Part shown: piece by piece, positions 10,252 through 18,472 of the stretch | Layout of the letters: every line of letters starts with the position of its first letter | Numbering within the stretch: the stretch's first letter is position 1 | IMG/VR virus record: IMGVR_UViG_3300012953_007464 | Span: 1-33,050 of that record | Length of the DNA: 33,050 nt | Strand: one strand, 5' to 3' | From: a virus | Taxonomy: Duplodnaviria; Caudoviricetes | The notes under the pieces: model-generated | What the model saw: the letters and a program-made list of their open reading frames with translations, nothing else | The model's database searches: none | What the model was told of the DNA's origin: nothing | Program-made: the position numbers and the translations under genes

Positions 10252-11412
10252 ATGTATACACTAGTTCAAGATACAATTAGAGATTCAGATGTAGATGATT
10301 TAATTGAATGGCTAAAAACATACCCACGCCTAACCAAGGGTCCACTGACAGTTGAATTTGAGAATAAGTGGGCTGAGTGGTTGGGTACGAAGCATGCCGT
10401 CTTTGTCAATTCAGGATCTTCGGCGAACTTGCTTACCTTGTCTGCACTGGTCGAATCAGGAAAAATTAGTCGAAATGCAAAGGTTGTAGTGCCGGCAGTG
10501 AGTTGGGCGACAGATTTAGCACCAGTCATGCAACTTGGGTTAACACCAATTTTATGCGATTGTAATTTAGATGATCTTTCTATTGATTTAAAGCATTTTG
10601 AGAGAATTTGTAATGAAGAAAAACCTGAATGCTTAATATTTGTTAGTGTACTTGGAATAGTCCCAAATATGGATAAGGTTGTTGAGCTTTGTAAGCAATA
10701 TAAAGTTACGTTAGTTGAAGACACCTGTGAATCATTTGGTAGCTCTTATAAACAAAAGAAGCTTGGAAATTTTGGAATTGCATCAACGTTTAGCACGTAT
10801 TTTGGCCATCATCTATCTACAATAGAGGGTGGAATTGTCGCAACAAATAATACTGAATTTTATAATGTTCTATTGAGTATTCGAAGTCATGGTTGGTTAC
10901 GTGATTGTGATGATGACTTTGCAAAGCAAAAACAATCAGCCTGGTCAGTTTCTGATTTTGCATCTCAATATACTTTTCATTACCCTGGTTTTAATTTAAG
11001 GGCAACAGATTTACAGGCATTTTTAGGAATACGTCAGCTGGATTATGCCGATGATGTATCACAAGCCAGAAGTCATAACTTTAATTCTTATATAAAGAAT
11101 ATTTCAAATGACTTATGGAAACCAAAGACTCAAGACGATTCGTTCGTGTCAAACTTTTGTTATCCCGTTATTTGTAAGAATAGAAAAGAGCTTATTTCTA
11201 AGCTGAATGAAAACGGTATTGAAAATCGACCTTTAATCGCTGGCTCAATGGCAAAACAACCATTTTTTGTAAGTAGATACGGTGCCGAAATTTTAGAAAA
11301 TGCTGACTTGGTACATAGATTTGGGTTGTATCTTCCAAACAACCACCGAATTGACACTTCGGACATAGAACATATATCAAATATTGTCAACAAAACTGCA
11401 AAGCCATTATGA
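10252..11412 (+). CDS. colD: ColD-like PLP-dependent 3-dehydratase (GDP-4-keto-6-deoxymannose 3-dehydratase family)
   Basis: FVNSGSSANLL, PAVSWATD, EDTCES and FSTYFGHHLSTIEGG, with His at the position of the catalytic Lys of the two neighbouring aminotransferases. Also RSHGW, PGFNLR and RPLIAG; 386 aa. Confidence 0.72.
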   Translation: MYTLVQDTIRDSDVDDLIEWLKTYPRLTKGPLTVEFENKWAEWLGTKHAVFVNSGSSANLLTLSALVESGKISRNAKVVVPAVSWATDLAPVMQLGLTPILCDCNLDDLSIDLKHFERICNEEKPECLIFVSVLGIVPNMDKVVELCKQYKVTLVEDTCESFGSSYKQKKLGNFGIASTFSTYFGHHLSTIEGGIVATNNTEFYNVLLSIRSHGWLRDCDDDFAKQKQSAWSVSDFASQYTFHYPGFNLRATDLQAFLGIRQLDYADDVSQARSHNFNSYIKNISNDLWKPKTQDDSFVSNFCYPVICKNRKELISKLNENGIENRPLIAGSMAKQPFFVSRYGAEILENADLVHRFGLYLPNNHRIDTSDIEHISNIVNKTAKPL

Positions 11413-11921
11413 GTAATCCTGAACAAAGAATCTATGATGAATGTTTCGATGGCGTTGTGTTGTTGGAACCTGATTTTTACGAAGATTTTAGGGGACATTA
11501 TTGGACAATATACAAGGAAGATAATGATGGTTTAAAGTTTAACCATGATAAGGCAACGATATCTAGAAAAAATACGTTGCGAGGAATTCATGGAGATTTT
11601 AATACCACGAAAATGATAAGTTGCTTGAGTGGCGAAATTTACTGTGTGATAGTAGACAACAGGCCATCAGCAAAGACCTATCACCAATGGCGCTGGATTA
11701 TGCTAACAGACACAAATAAGAAAAGTATTATTTTACCGCCTGGCATTGGGTTATCATATTTGGTGATGTCAAATTCAGCAACAGTTTTATATAAGCTTGC
11801 GTATGATGGTTCATATCAAGATGCCAGTGATCAGTTTACAATTTTGTGGAATGATAAAAATTTAGATATATTTTGGCCAACTGATGAACCAATATTGCAA
11901 CAAAGGGATTCTGATAAATGA
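11409..11921 (+). CDS. rmlC: RmlC-like nucleotide-sugar 3,5-epimerase
   Basis: EDFRG, SRKNTLRGIH, KMISCLSGEIYCVIVDNR and WND...WP...RD motifs. Confidence 0.82.
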   Translation: MSNPEQRIYDECFDGVVLLEPDFYEDFRGHYWTIYKEDNDGLKFNHDKATISRKNTLRGIHGDFNTTKMISCLSGEIYCVIVDNRPSAKTYHQWRWIMLTDTNKKSIILPPGIGLSYLVMSNSATVLYKLAYDGSYQDASDQFTILWNDKNLDIFWPTDEPILQQRDSDK

Positions 11922-12883
11922 AGAAAGCATTAATAACTGGAATATCTGGCCAGGATGGAAGTTACTTGGCGGAATATTTGCTAGAGTTAGGATATGAGGT
12001 ACATGGTATTGTTCGCCGACATTCAGTGGCAGAAAATCAAAATTTTCGTCTTCACAAACTTGGTCAAAAAATTCATACTCATTATGGTGATTTAAACGAT
12101 TATCCCTCATTAATATCTCTAGTTCAAAAGATAATGCCTGATGAAATCTATAACTTGGCAGCAATGAGTCATGTGAGAGTTAGTTTTGACATGCCGGCGT
12201 TTACAATAAAGACGAATGCGCTTGGTGTGCTGAATCTGCTTGAAGTATATCGAATTTTGTGTCCAACAGCTAAATTTTATCAAGCTAGCTCATCTGAGAT
12301 GTTTGGTAATTCAATTGATGATGACAATGTTCAGCGCTTAACAACACCTATGAATCCAGTGAGCCCTTATGGTTGCTCTAAGGTAATGGGGTATCAATTA
12401 ACACGTCATTATCGAAATGCATATGGCTTACATGCTTGTAACGGAATTCTTTTTAACCATGAATCTCCACGCCGCGGCTCAAATTTTGTGACTAATAAAG
12501 TGGTTAAAGGTGCTGTATCGATTAAAAAGGGATTACAAGAAAAATTAGCCCTTGGAAACTTGGATGCCTATAGAGACTGGGGTCATGCAAAAGACTATGT
12601 CAAGGCAATGCATATGATAACAAATCATAATGTACCTGATGATTTTGTAGTTGCAACAGGAGAAACACATTCTGTACGTGATTTATGCGAGACAGTATTT
12701 AGTAAACTAGGGATGGACTACAATGATTATGTTACTCAAGACAAAAGGTTCCTTCGTCCTGAAGAATTAAACTATTTGAAAGGTGATCCAGCAAGAGCAA
12801 AAGAAATTTTAGGCTGGAAGCCTGAATATACATTTGAGACAATGATAGACGAAATGATTGCTCACTGGGAAGGAATATTATAA
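11918..12883 (+). CDS. gmd: GDP-mannose 4,6-dehydratase
   Basis: ALITGISGQDGSYLAEYLL, YNLAAMSHVRVSF, FYQASSSEMFG, SPYGCSK, NGILFNHESPRRG and RDWGHAKDY. Confidence 0.95.
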   Translation: MKKALITGISGQDGSYLAEYLLELGYEVHGIVRRHSVAENQNFRLHKLGQKIHTHYGDLNDYPSLISLVQKIMPDEIYNLAAMSHVRVSFDMPAFTIKTNALGVLNLLEVYRILCPTAKFYQASSSEMFGNSIDDDNVQRLTTPMNPVSPYGCSKVMGYQLTRHYRNAYGLHACNGILFNHESPRRGSNFVTNKVVKGAVSIKKGLQEKLALGNLDAYRDWGHAKDYVKAMHMITNHNVPDDFVVATGETHSVRDLCETVFSKLGMDYNDYVTQDKRFLRPEELNYLKGDPARAKEILGWKPEYTFETMIDEMIAHWEGIL

Positions 12884-13749
12884 TGTCAAAACAAGGAATA
12901 GTTTTTGGTCCGTGGGTTGGTGAATTTGGTTGGGAGCTTTTTTCATGGCAAGCATATTGTCGGTCAATATCTAGAAAATATCAGAAAGTTATTGTTATTT
13001 CCAGGCCTGGAAATGATTTTTTGTATTCTGATTTTTGTGATGAATATCTTCCATTTGAACCTCCAGAGGGTGGTGTTGTTGATTCTCATATGAATTCTAA
13101 TGTTGGTGAATTTAATGTAATTGAGTTCTTGAAGACAACAGTTCCTTTGGAGCTATTAAATGAATGTCAATGGAGTTGGCTTCAACCTTCAAAAATTGGT
13201 AATCCACCATACGATCACTGGAGAGCACCGGTTTCAATTCCAGGATTTGGTGACGTTACACCTGAATACAGGTTATACAGAAGCCACAGCCGCCGTAATG
13301 TAGATGTTGTTATTCACGCTAGAAATAGAAAAATCAGAAAAATAGATAATTGGTCGGCTACAGCCTGGGCTGAATTAGTGAACATGTTCCCAAAAGGCAC
13401 ATCAATTGCATGCATTGGAAGAAAGGAAGAATCATTACACTTGGATGGTACAATTGATGCAAGGGGATATTGTCTCGAGCAGACTGTAGCATTGCTTTCA
13501 TCGGCAAGATGTATATTAGGTCCTTCATCTGGACCCATGCATCTAGCTACTTTGTCGGGATGTCCACAAATAGTTTGGACCAGTAATCCTAATCAAAATT
13601 TTTCTAGATACAAGTATTGCTGGAACCCATTCTGTGTTGACGTCGAAATGTTAAAAACTAGCACTCCATCACCTGAAAGTGTGTACAATTTAGCCGAGAA
13701 GTACATTGATAAGTCTCAAATTATTGAAAAACACCTAAGAGTTAGTTAA
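12883..13749 (+). CDS. Glycosyltransferase, GT9-like
   Basis: GPWVGEFGWE N-terminus, VVIHAR...NW and ILGPSSGPMHLATLSGCP (GT9 C-terminal signature). Confidence 0.72.
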   Translation: MSKQGIVFGPWVGEFGWELFSWQAYCRSISRKYQKVIVISRPGNDFLYSDFCDEYLPFEPPEGGVVDSHMNSNVGEFNVIEFLKTTVPLELLNECQWSWLQPSKIGNPPYDHWRAPVSIPGFGDVTPEYRLYRSHSRRNVDVVIHARNRKIRKIDNWSATAWAELVNMFPKGTSIACIGRKEESLHLDGTIDARGYCLEQTVALLSSARCILGPSSGPMHLATLSGCPQIVWTSNPNQNFSRYKYCWNPFCVDVEMLKTSTPSPESVYNLAEKYIDKSQIIEKHLRVS

Positions 13750-13767
13750 TATTTTTTAGAGGATTAA

Positions 13768-14634
13768 ATGAAAAGTATTGGAATCATTGGGAATGGTTTT
13801 GTTGGTTCGGCAATTGCAGCCGGCTTTGCACTCCATTCAACAGTCAGGGTATTTGATAAAGACCCTAAAAAGTCGATTGATACTCTACATGATGTAATTA
13901 ATTTTTCAAACTTTGTTTTCGTGTCAGTTCCAACACCAATGGAGCGTATAGAAGGCGGAAAAATAGATTTGACAATTCTTGACAGCGTATTTGATGATAT
14001 AATGTCAGTTGAAAAAACTTCAGATTTTTCTTATGAAGAGATAGTATTCATAATAAAATCAACGGTAATTCCCGGAACAACAGAGAGATACCACGAGAAA
14101 TATCCACAACTAAGAATTGTTTTTAACCCTGAATTTCTTACAGAACGTTCAGCAAATTTAGATTTTATTAACGCCAGTAGAATAGTCATTGGTGGTCATG
14201 AATTAGACTGCATATCTGTTAGCGAACTTTATAGAGATCGTTTTCCTTACACAAAGATAATTTGCACTGATTCAAAATCAGCTGAAATGATAAAGTATGC
14301 ATGTAATTGTTTTTTTGCTACAAAGGTTTCATTTATGAATGAGATTAGGTTACTGTCTGACAAGCTTGGGTGTGACTGGGATGGTGTACTAAATGGTTTT
14401 ATTTCGGATGGTAGAATTGGTAATTCACATATCGATGTCCCGGGGCATGACGGCGATTTTGGATTCGGTGGAAAGTGTTTCCCAAAAGACATAAACGCGT
14501 TTATGCAGTGTTTTTTAGATAATGATCTTGAACCACTCATTCTAAGTGCAGCCTGGGAAAGGAATAAAGTAGTTAGAAAAAAAATTGATTGGGCAAAAAT
14601 AAAAGGTGCAGTGTCTGAAGGCGATGATGTATGA
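13768..14634 (+). CDS. UDP-glucose/GDP-mannose dehydrogenase family protein, short form lacking the C-terminal domain
   Basis: GIIGNGFVG, VSVPTP, IKSTVIPG, FNPEFLTE, AEMIKY..N.F.ATKVSFMNE and GFGGKCFPKD (catalytic Cys). Only 288 aa; GAGG upstream. Confidence 0.88.
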   Translation: MKSIGIIGNGFVGSAIAAGFALHSTVRVFDKDPKKSIDTLHDVINFSNFVFVSVPTPMERIEGGKIDLTILDSVFDDIMSVEKTSDFSYEEIVFIIKSTVIPGTTERYHEKYPQLRIVFNPEFLTERSANLDFINASRIVIGGHELDCISVSELYRDRFPYTKIICTDSKSAEMIKYACNCFFATKVSFMNEIRLLSDKLGCDWDGVLNGFISDGRIGNSHIDVPGHDGDFGFGGKCFPKDINAFMQCFLDNDLEPLILSAAWERNKVVRKKIDWAKIKGAVSEGDDV

Positions 14635-15386
14635 ATGAGACCGTAGAAGATATAAGGTCAAAGCTTATTTGGTTGCATAAGAATATTGTAGCAGGTAGAT
14701 ATGTTTTCATTCGTATTCCTAAAACCGGTTCTGCATCTTTAAGCATGGCATTGTTTAATGTCACGAAATTTGCAAAAGAAAAAAAACGAAAAGACAACAC
14801 AACAAAATTTCTCCAAGCGCCAGGTGAAGGTGTTTGGTGGGATCATTATCCAGCGACTTGGGTCCGGGATTCGCTTGGTACTGAGTCTTGGGACAAGTCA
14901 ATAAAATTTGCAGTTGTTAGAAATCCATTTGCAAGGTTGTATTCATTGTGGAAATCAAACGATATATCTAGAGAGACATATACGTTTAAAGAATGGCTTC
15001 TTGGCGGTACTCCTTATGGTTGGAACAAAGAACACCACAAGGTGTTATGTCCAAATAATCCAATAACAAGCCAGAAGAACTGGATAACTGATGAAGAAGA
15101 TAATATCATAGTTAACTTTGTTTGCCGGCTTGAAGAATTAGATCTTATTGGTGTGCCAATGTTTAAGGCTATAGCTGATGAAGATTTTCAGTTTAGTAAT
15201 CAGCACATGAATAAAACATCACATTTTTCCGAGTATAAAAAGCACTATGATGATGAAATGAAAGAATTTGTTTTAAAGAATTGCAAAGACGATCTTGAAG
15301 CGTTTCATTATACATTCGATGGTGTTGAAAACACTGGTTGGTTTTATTGGGAAGGTGATTTTGTTGATCAGTATATTGAGGGTTAA
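14631..15386 (+). CDS. Sulfotransferase family 2 (carbohydrate sulfotransferase-like)
   Basis: 5'-PSB FIRIPKTGSAS, 3'-PB FAVVRNPFARLYS, then FVCRLEEL and C-terminal DLEAFHYTF. Confidence 0.85.
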   Translation: MNETVEDIRSKLIWLHKNIVAGRYVFIRIPKTGSASLSMALFNVTKFAKEKKRKDNTTKFLQAPGEGVWWDHYPATWVRDSLGTESWDKSIKFAVVRNPFARLYSLWKSNDISRETYTFKEWLLGGTPYGWNKEHHKVLCPNNPITSQKNWITDEEDNIIVNFVCRLEELDLIGVPMFKAIADEDFQFSNQHMNKTSHFSEYKKHYDDEMKEFVLKNCKDDLEAFHYTFDGVENTGWFYWEGDFVDQYIEG

Positions 15387-15388
15387 TA

Positions 15389-15724
15389 ATGGTTTACGTA
15401 TTTGATATTGATGGTACTGTTTGTACAAAAGTTACAGACGGTGACTATTCAAAGGCTCTCCCGCTTAAAGATAGAATAGAGATTGTAAATAAGCTTTTTG
15501 ACGAAGGAAATACAATTATATTTCAAACAGCTCGTGGAATGGGAAGATCTAGTAATTCACAAGCATTTGCTTGGGATTTTTTTGGAAAATCAACCCGTGA
15601 ACAATTGAATAGCTGGGGCGTAAAGTTTCATTCGTTGTTTATGGGCAAACCTGCCGGCGATCTCTATGTTGATGACAAGGGTATGCATGATATACACTTT
15701 TTTTCACAGCATTCGGAGCAATAA
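15389..15724 (+). CDS. Small HAD-superfamily phosphatase (capsule-locus type)
   Basis: FDIDGTV (motif I), TARG (motif II) and GKP.GDLYVDDK (motifs III/IV). Confidence 0.85.
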   Translation: MVYVFDIDGTVCTKVTDGDYSKALPLKDRIEIVNKLFDEGNTIIFQTARGMGRSSNSQAFAWDFFGKSTREQLNSWGVKFHSLFMGKPAGDLYVDDKGMHDIHFFSQHSEQ

Positions 15725-15769
15725 TATGTTTTGCTTGATAAGTTACAAGTTAGGATAAACGAGGTACCT

Positions 15770-16522
15770 ATGTTTAGTGTTACAACATTAAATGATGAAA
15801 ACGAACTACGGGAAGGTAAGGAAAGGCTTTTAAGTTGTTTACAAAAAGTAAGGTGTAGATATGCATATATTAGAATTCCAAAAACTGGGAGTGCATCTTT
15901 AAACCGATCTCTTTATAACGCCACAATGGAGGCTGCGACTTTTAGAAATTCGGCACCCCATCTGAAAAATGCACTGTTTCAATCACCTCCTGATTGGTGG
16001 GATCATTATTCGGCAAAGTGGTGTAAAAAAATAATTGGCGAATCAGCATGGAATGATATTTTTTAGTTTACAGTCGTTAGAAACCCATATGCTAGACTCT
16101 ATTCAATATGGAATTATGAAGAGTGGTTAAAGAAAGAGTGTTCTTTTGAGAAGTGGGTTTTAGAAGGGTGCAAGTCTCCGTGGCAAAGTGCCCTGGCCAG
16201 AGAGACGTTTCCCAATGATCCAGTAGGAAGCCAAAAGTCATGGGTCTTTGATGCTGAAGATAATTTGGTTAATTTTATTTTTAGATTAGAGGATATGCAA
16301 ACAGTTGGTTCCCCGGCCTTGGGTGACCTTTTAGGTACAGATCGTTTTTATATACATCAACACAGAATGAACCAGACGGCTGTTGTTGATGAATATAAGA
16401 ACCACTATACTCAAGAGATGATTGATTTTGTAGCCCAGCTTTGTGTTGAAGATTTAGAGATGTTTAAATATAATTTTGAAGGTGTAACAGAGTCTGACTG
16501 GTTTTATATGAGGGAGTTATGA
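15770..16522 (+). pseudogene. Sulfotransferase family 2 gene interrupted by one in-frame TAG at 16064-16066
   Basis: Track ORFs 15731..16066 and 16265..16522 are in the same frame. Reading through the TAG gives IRIPKTGSAS...WWDHY...DIF*FTVVRNPYARLYSIW...FIFRLED...DLEMFKYNF, collinear with 14631..15386. GAGGT precedes the ATG at 15770. Confidence 0.8.
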
Positions 16523-17346
16523 TTAGCGACAACTCTTCATTTAATTTGCGTCGTATAGTGTCTTCTAAAAGAGAGAAGTTGATAGCCGCTTACCAGGCTG
16601 GTAAAAGTATAAAAGTTGCAGATGAAAGTGCGCAGATTAATAGAGAATTTGATCCGTTCATGTTTCTCCATTCGGTAGGGTATCCAACTGTGGGGCATGC
16701 CGTTGAAGTAGGCAGCAGCTATCCATACCAATCACAGTTTAGGGATGAAATATTAAGGGTGAATTCTGAAATTTGTATGGTTGAAATAGGTCACAGAAAA
16801 CCGCTTCCTTCGTGGCACCCAACCACATTTTCTCTCATTGATGTCCGTCAAGAAGTATGCGCAACATTAAGTTATTCTTTTGGTCACTTCGAAAATGTTA
16901 AGATTTATAATATTGGGATTAGTGATACCACCGGAACAAAAAAAATGATTTGGAAGGATGGCTCAACATATGAGGATGGAGTCCTCTCTCCAAACGTTCA
17001 AAATTTTTCTGAAGGGGACGGCAGGCCTCAAGCTGAATTTACTGCCAAATGTTTTTCTTTCGGTGACGTTGATACTGGGAATATTGGTTTACTTGCAGCT
17101 GACGTAGAAGGAAATGAATATTATGTCATCAAAACAATGAAAAGTCGCCCAATTATAATTACACTTGAATTATACACATTGGAATATGGCACCATGTCAA
17201 AATCTCAGTATATGAACCCGTATATCGATGAAATAAGTCAGTGGATGAATGAAAACTATTATATACCATTTAATTTTAGTGCCGGCGACGTAGCTTTTCT
17301 TAGGGCTGATTTTTATGATACTCTCAAAGAAGAAGGGAAAATATAA
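16519..17346 (+). CDS. Divergent FkbM-like methyltransferase
   Basis: AVEVGS, IYNIGISD and LLAADVEGNEYYVIK...RPIIITLE motifs; ATGA overlap and GAGGGAG upstream. Confidence 0.6.
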   Translation: MISDNSSFNLRRIVSSKREKLIAAYQAGKSIKVADESAQINREFDPFMFLHSVGYPTVGHAVEVGSSYPYQSQFRDEILRVNSEICMVEIGHRKPLPSWHPTTFSLIDVRQEVCATLSYSFGHFENVKIYNIGISDTTGTKKMIWKDGSTYEDGVLSPNVQNFSEGDGRPQAEFTAKCFSFGDVDTGNIGLLAADVEGNEYYVIKTMKSRPIIITLELYTLEYGTMSKSQYMNPYIDEISQWMNENYYIPFNFSAGDVAFLRADFYDTLKEEGKI

Positions 17347-17348
17347 CA

Positions 17349-17735
17349 ATGAGTGATAAACAACGATTTTTACCAAGAACAATTGAGCTTCCAATGAATC
17401 ATGTCGACAAAGGCTGGGGTTGGGAGCGGTGGATATGCAACGGCCCAGAATATTGCGGAAAGCTTCTATTTTTCAATAAGGGAAAGAAGTGTTCGTGGCA
17501 TGTTCACAGATTAAAAGATGAAGTTTTCTATCTTCAGTCTGGAAAGATGTTGGTAAAATATTCAGATTCTGATGATATTACTAAAGCTGAAGAGCTAATA
17601 TTAAAACCAGGAGATAACTTTCACGTGTACCGAGGCTTGCGTCATAGGATGATTGCACTGGAGGATTCGGAACTTTTTGAATTTTCGACACAACACTTTG
17701 ATTCCGATAGTTATAGAATTGAAAAAGGAGACTAG
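17349..17735 (+). CDS. Cupin-fold protein (sugar isomerase-like)
   Basis: KGWGWERWI..YCGKLL, SWHVHRLKDEVFYLQSG, HRMIA and EFSTQHFDSDSYR: cupin metal-binding motifs. Confidence 0.8.
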   Translation: MSDKQRFLPRTIELPMNHVDKGWGWERWICNGPEYCGKLLFFNKGKKCSWHVHRLKDEVFYLQSGKMLVKYSDSDDITKAEELILKPGDNFHVYRGLRHRMIALEDSELFEFSTQHFDSDSYRIEKGD

Positions 17736-17737
17736 CT

Positions 17738-18472
17738 GTGTCTTGCCCGTCCCGCCCATATGAAAATCACCCTGAAAGACATATGGCCGCCGCCGCGCGG
17801 CATTACAATGCACCTGGGCCAAGCTTACGCAATTATATCTTTATTTCAATCCCAAAAACAGGAACAACCACACTGTCGGAATTGTATCTTGGTTTTGAGA
17901 GAGGGAGTATGCCGGTAACAGTTCATGGCCGTGATCATCAAGGTTATAATGTATACCAGGCACTAGCAAATTCTAGTGAATATTCCCTAATAACACCTGA
18001 ACAACTTGCTAATCGCTTTATCTTTTCGTTTGTCAGAAACCCTTGGGACAGAGTTGCTTCACTTTTTTATCACAGGGCACATATGCATCAGTGTGATCAT
18101 CATTTTGAAAAGTTTGTTGAAAAATATCAAAATGCATCAGATTTTCAAGTTTCACCTGGTGATTATAAAAACCAAATTGACTGGCTTAAAGATCCGGACA
18201 CAGGAGAAATAGCAGTTGATTTTATCGGTAGATTTGAAAACTACAAAGAAGATGTAAATTACGTGATAAACAAGATAACTGATGGGAAAATGTGTTACGA
18301 TAATCTGCCAAAATCTTGTGGTGACACACCCGCTAATAATAGAAACCCAAAGACACTGTTACCGATCCACAAAAGCCGACCACATTACAGGGAATTTTAT
18401 TCTAGCTCATCCCGGGACATTATTTATGAAAAATGTAAAGAAGATATAGAGTATTTTGATTATGAGTTCTAA
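17738..18472 (+). CDS. Sulfotransferase family 2
   Basis: FISIPKTGTTT, FSFVRNPWDRVASLF, VDFIGRFEN, HYREFY and DIEYFDYEF. Start uncertain (GTG 17738 or ATG 17783). Confidence 0.85.
   Translation: MSCPSRPYENHPERHMAAAARHYNAPGPSLRNYIFISIPKTGTTTLSELYLGFERGSMPVTVHGRDHQGYNVYQALANSSEYSLITPEQLANRFIFSFVRNPWDRVASLFYHRAHMHQCDHHFEKFVEKYQNASDFQVSPGDYKNQIDWLKDPDTGEIAVDFIGRFENYKEDVNYVINKITDGKMCYDNLPKSCGDTPANNRNPKTLLPIHKSRPHYREFYSSSSRDIIYEKCKEDIEYFDYEF

Noticed and set aside
16064-16066. Genome-wide TAG reassignment (genetic code 15) to explain the internal amber codon
   Set aside because: TAG ends several apparently complete genes at natural boundaries (4216, 17735, 20271, 25676, 26476, 27010), long genes have no internal TAG, and the aligned residue in the paralogue is Lys rather than Gln.
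14779-16945. A8 homopolymers (14779-14786, 16938-16945) as phase-variation tracts
   Set aside because: Short A runs encoding Lys are expected in AT-rich DNA, and both genes are in frame.
17738-17830. GC-rich patch at the start of the third family-2 sulfotransferase as a structured RNA or insertion
   Set aside because: I found no convincing hairpin or flanking repeats. It is simply explained by Ala/Pro/Arg codons, although the true start codon is uncertain.
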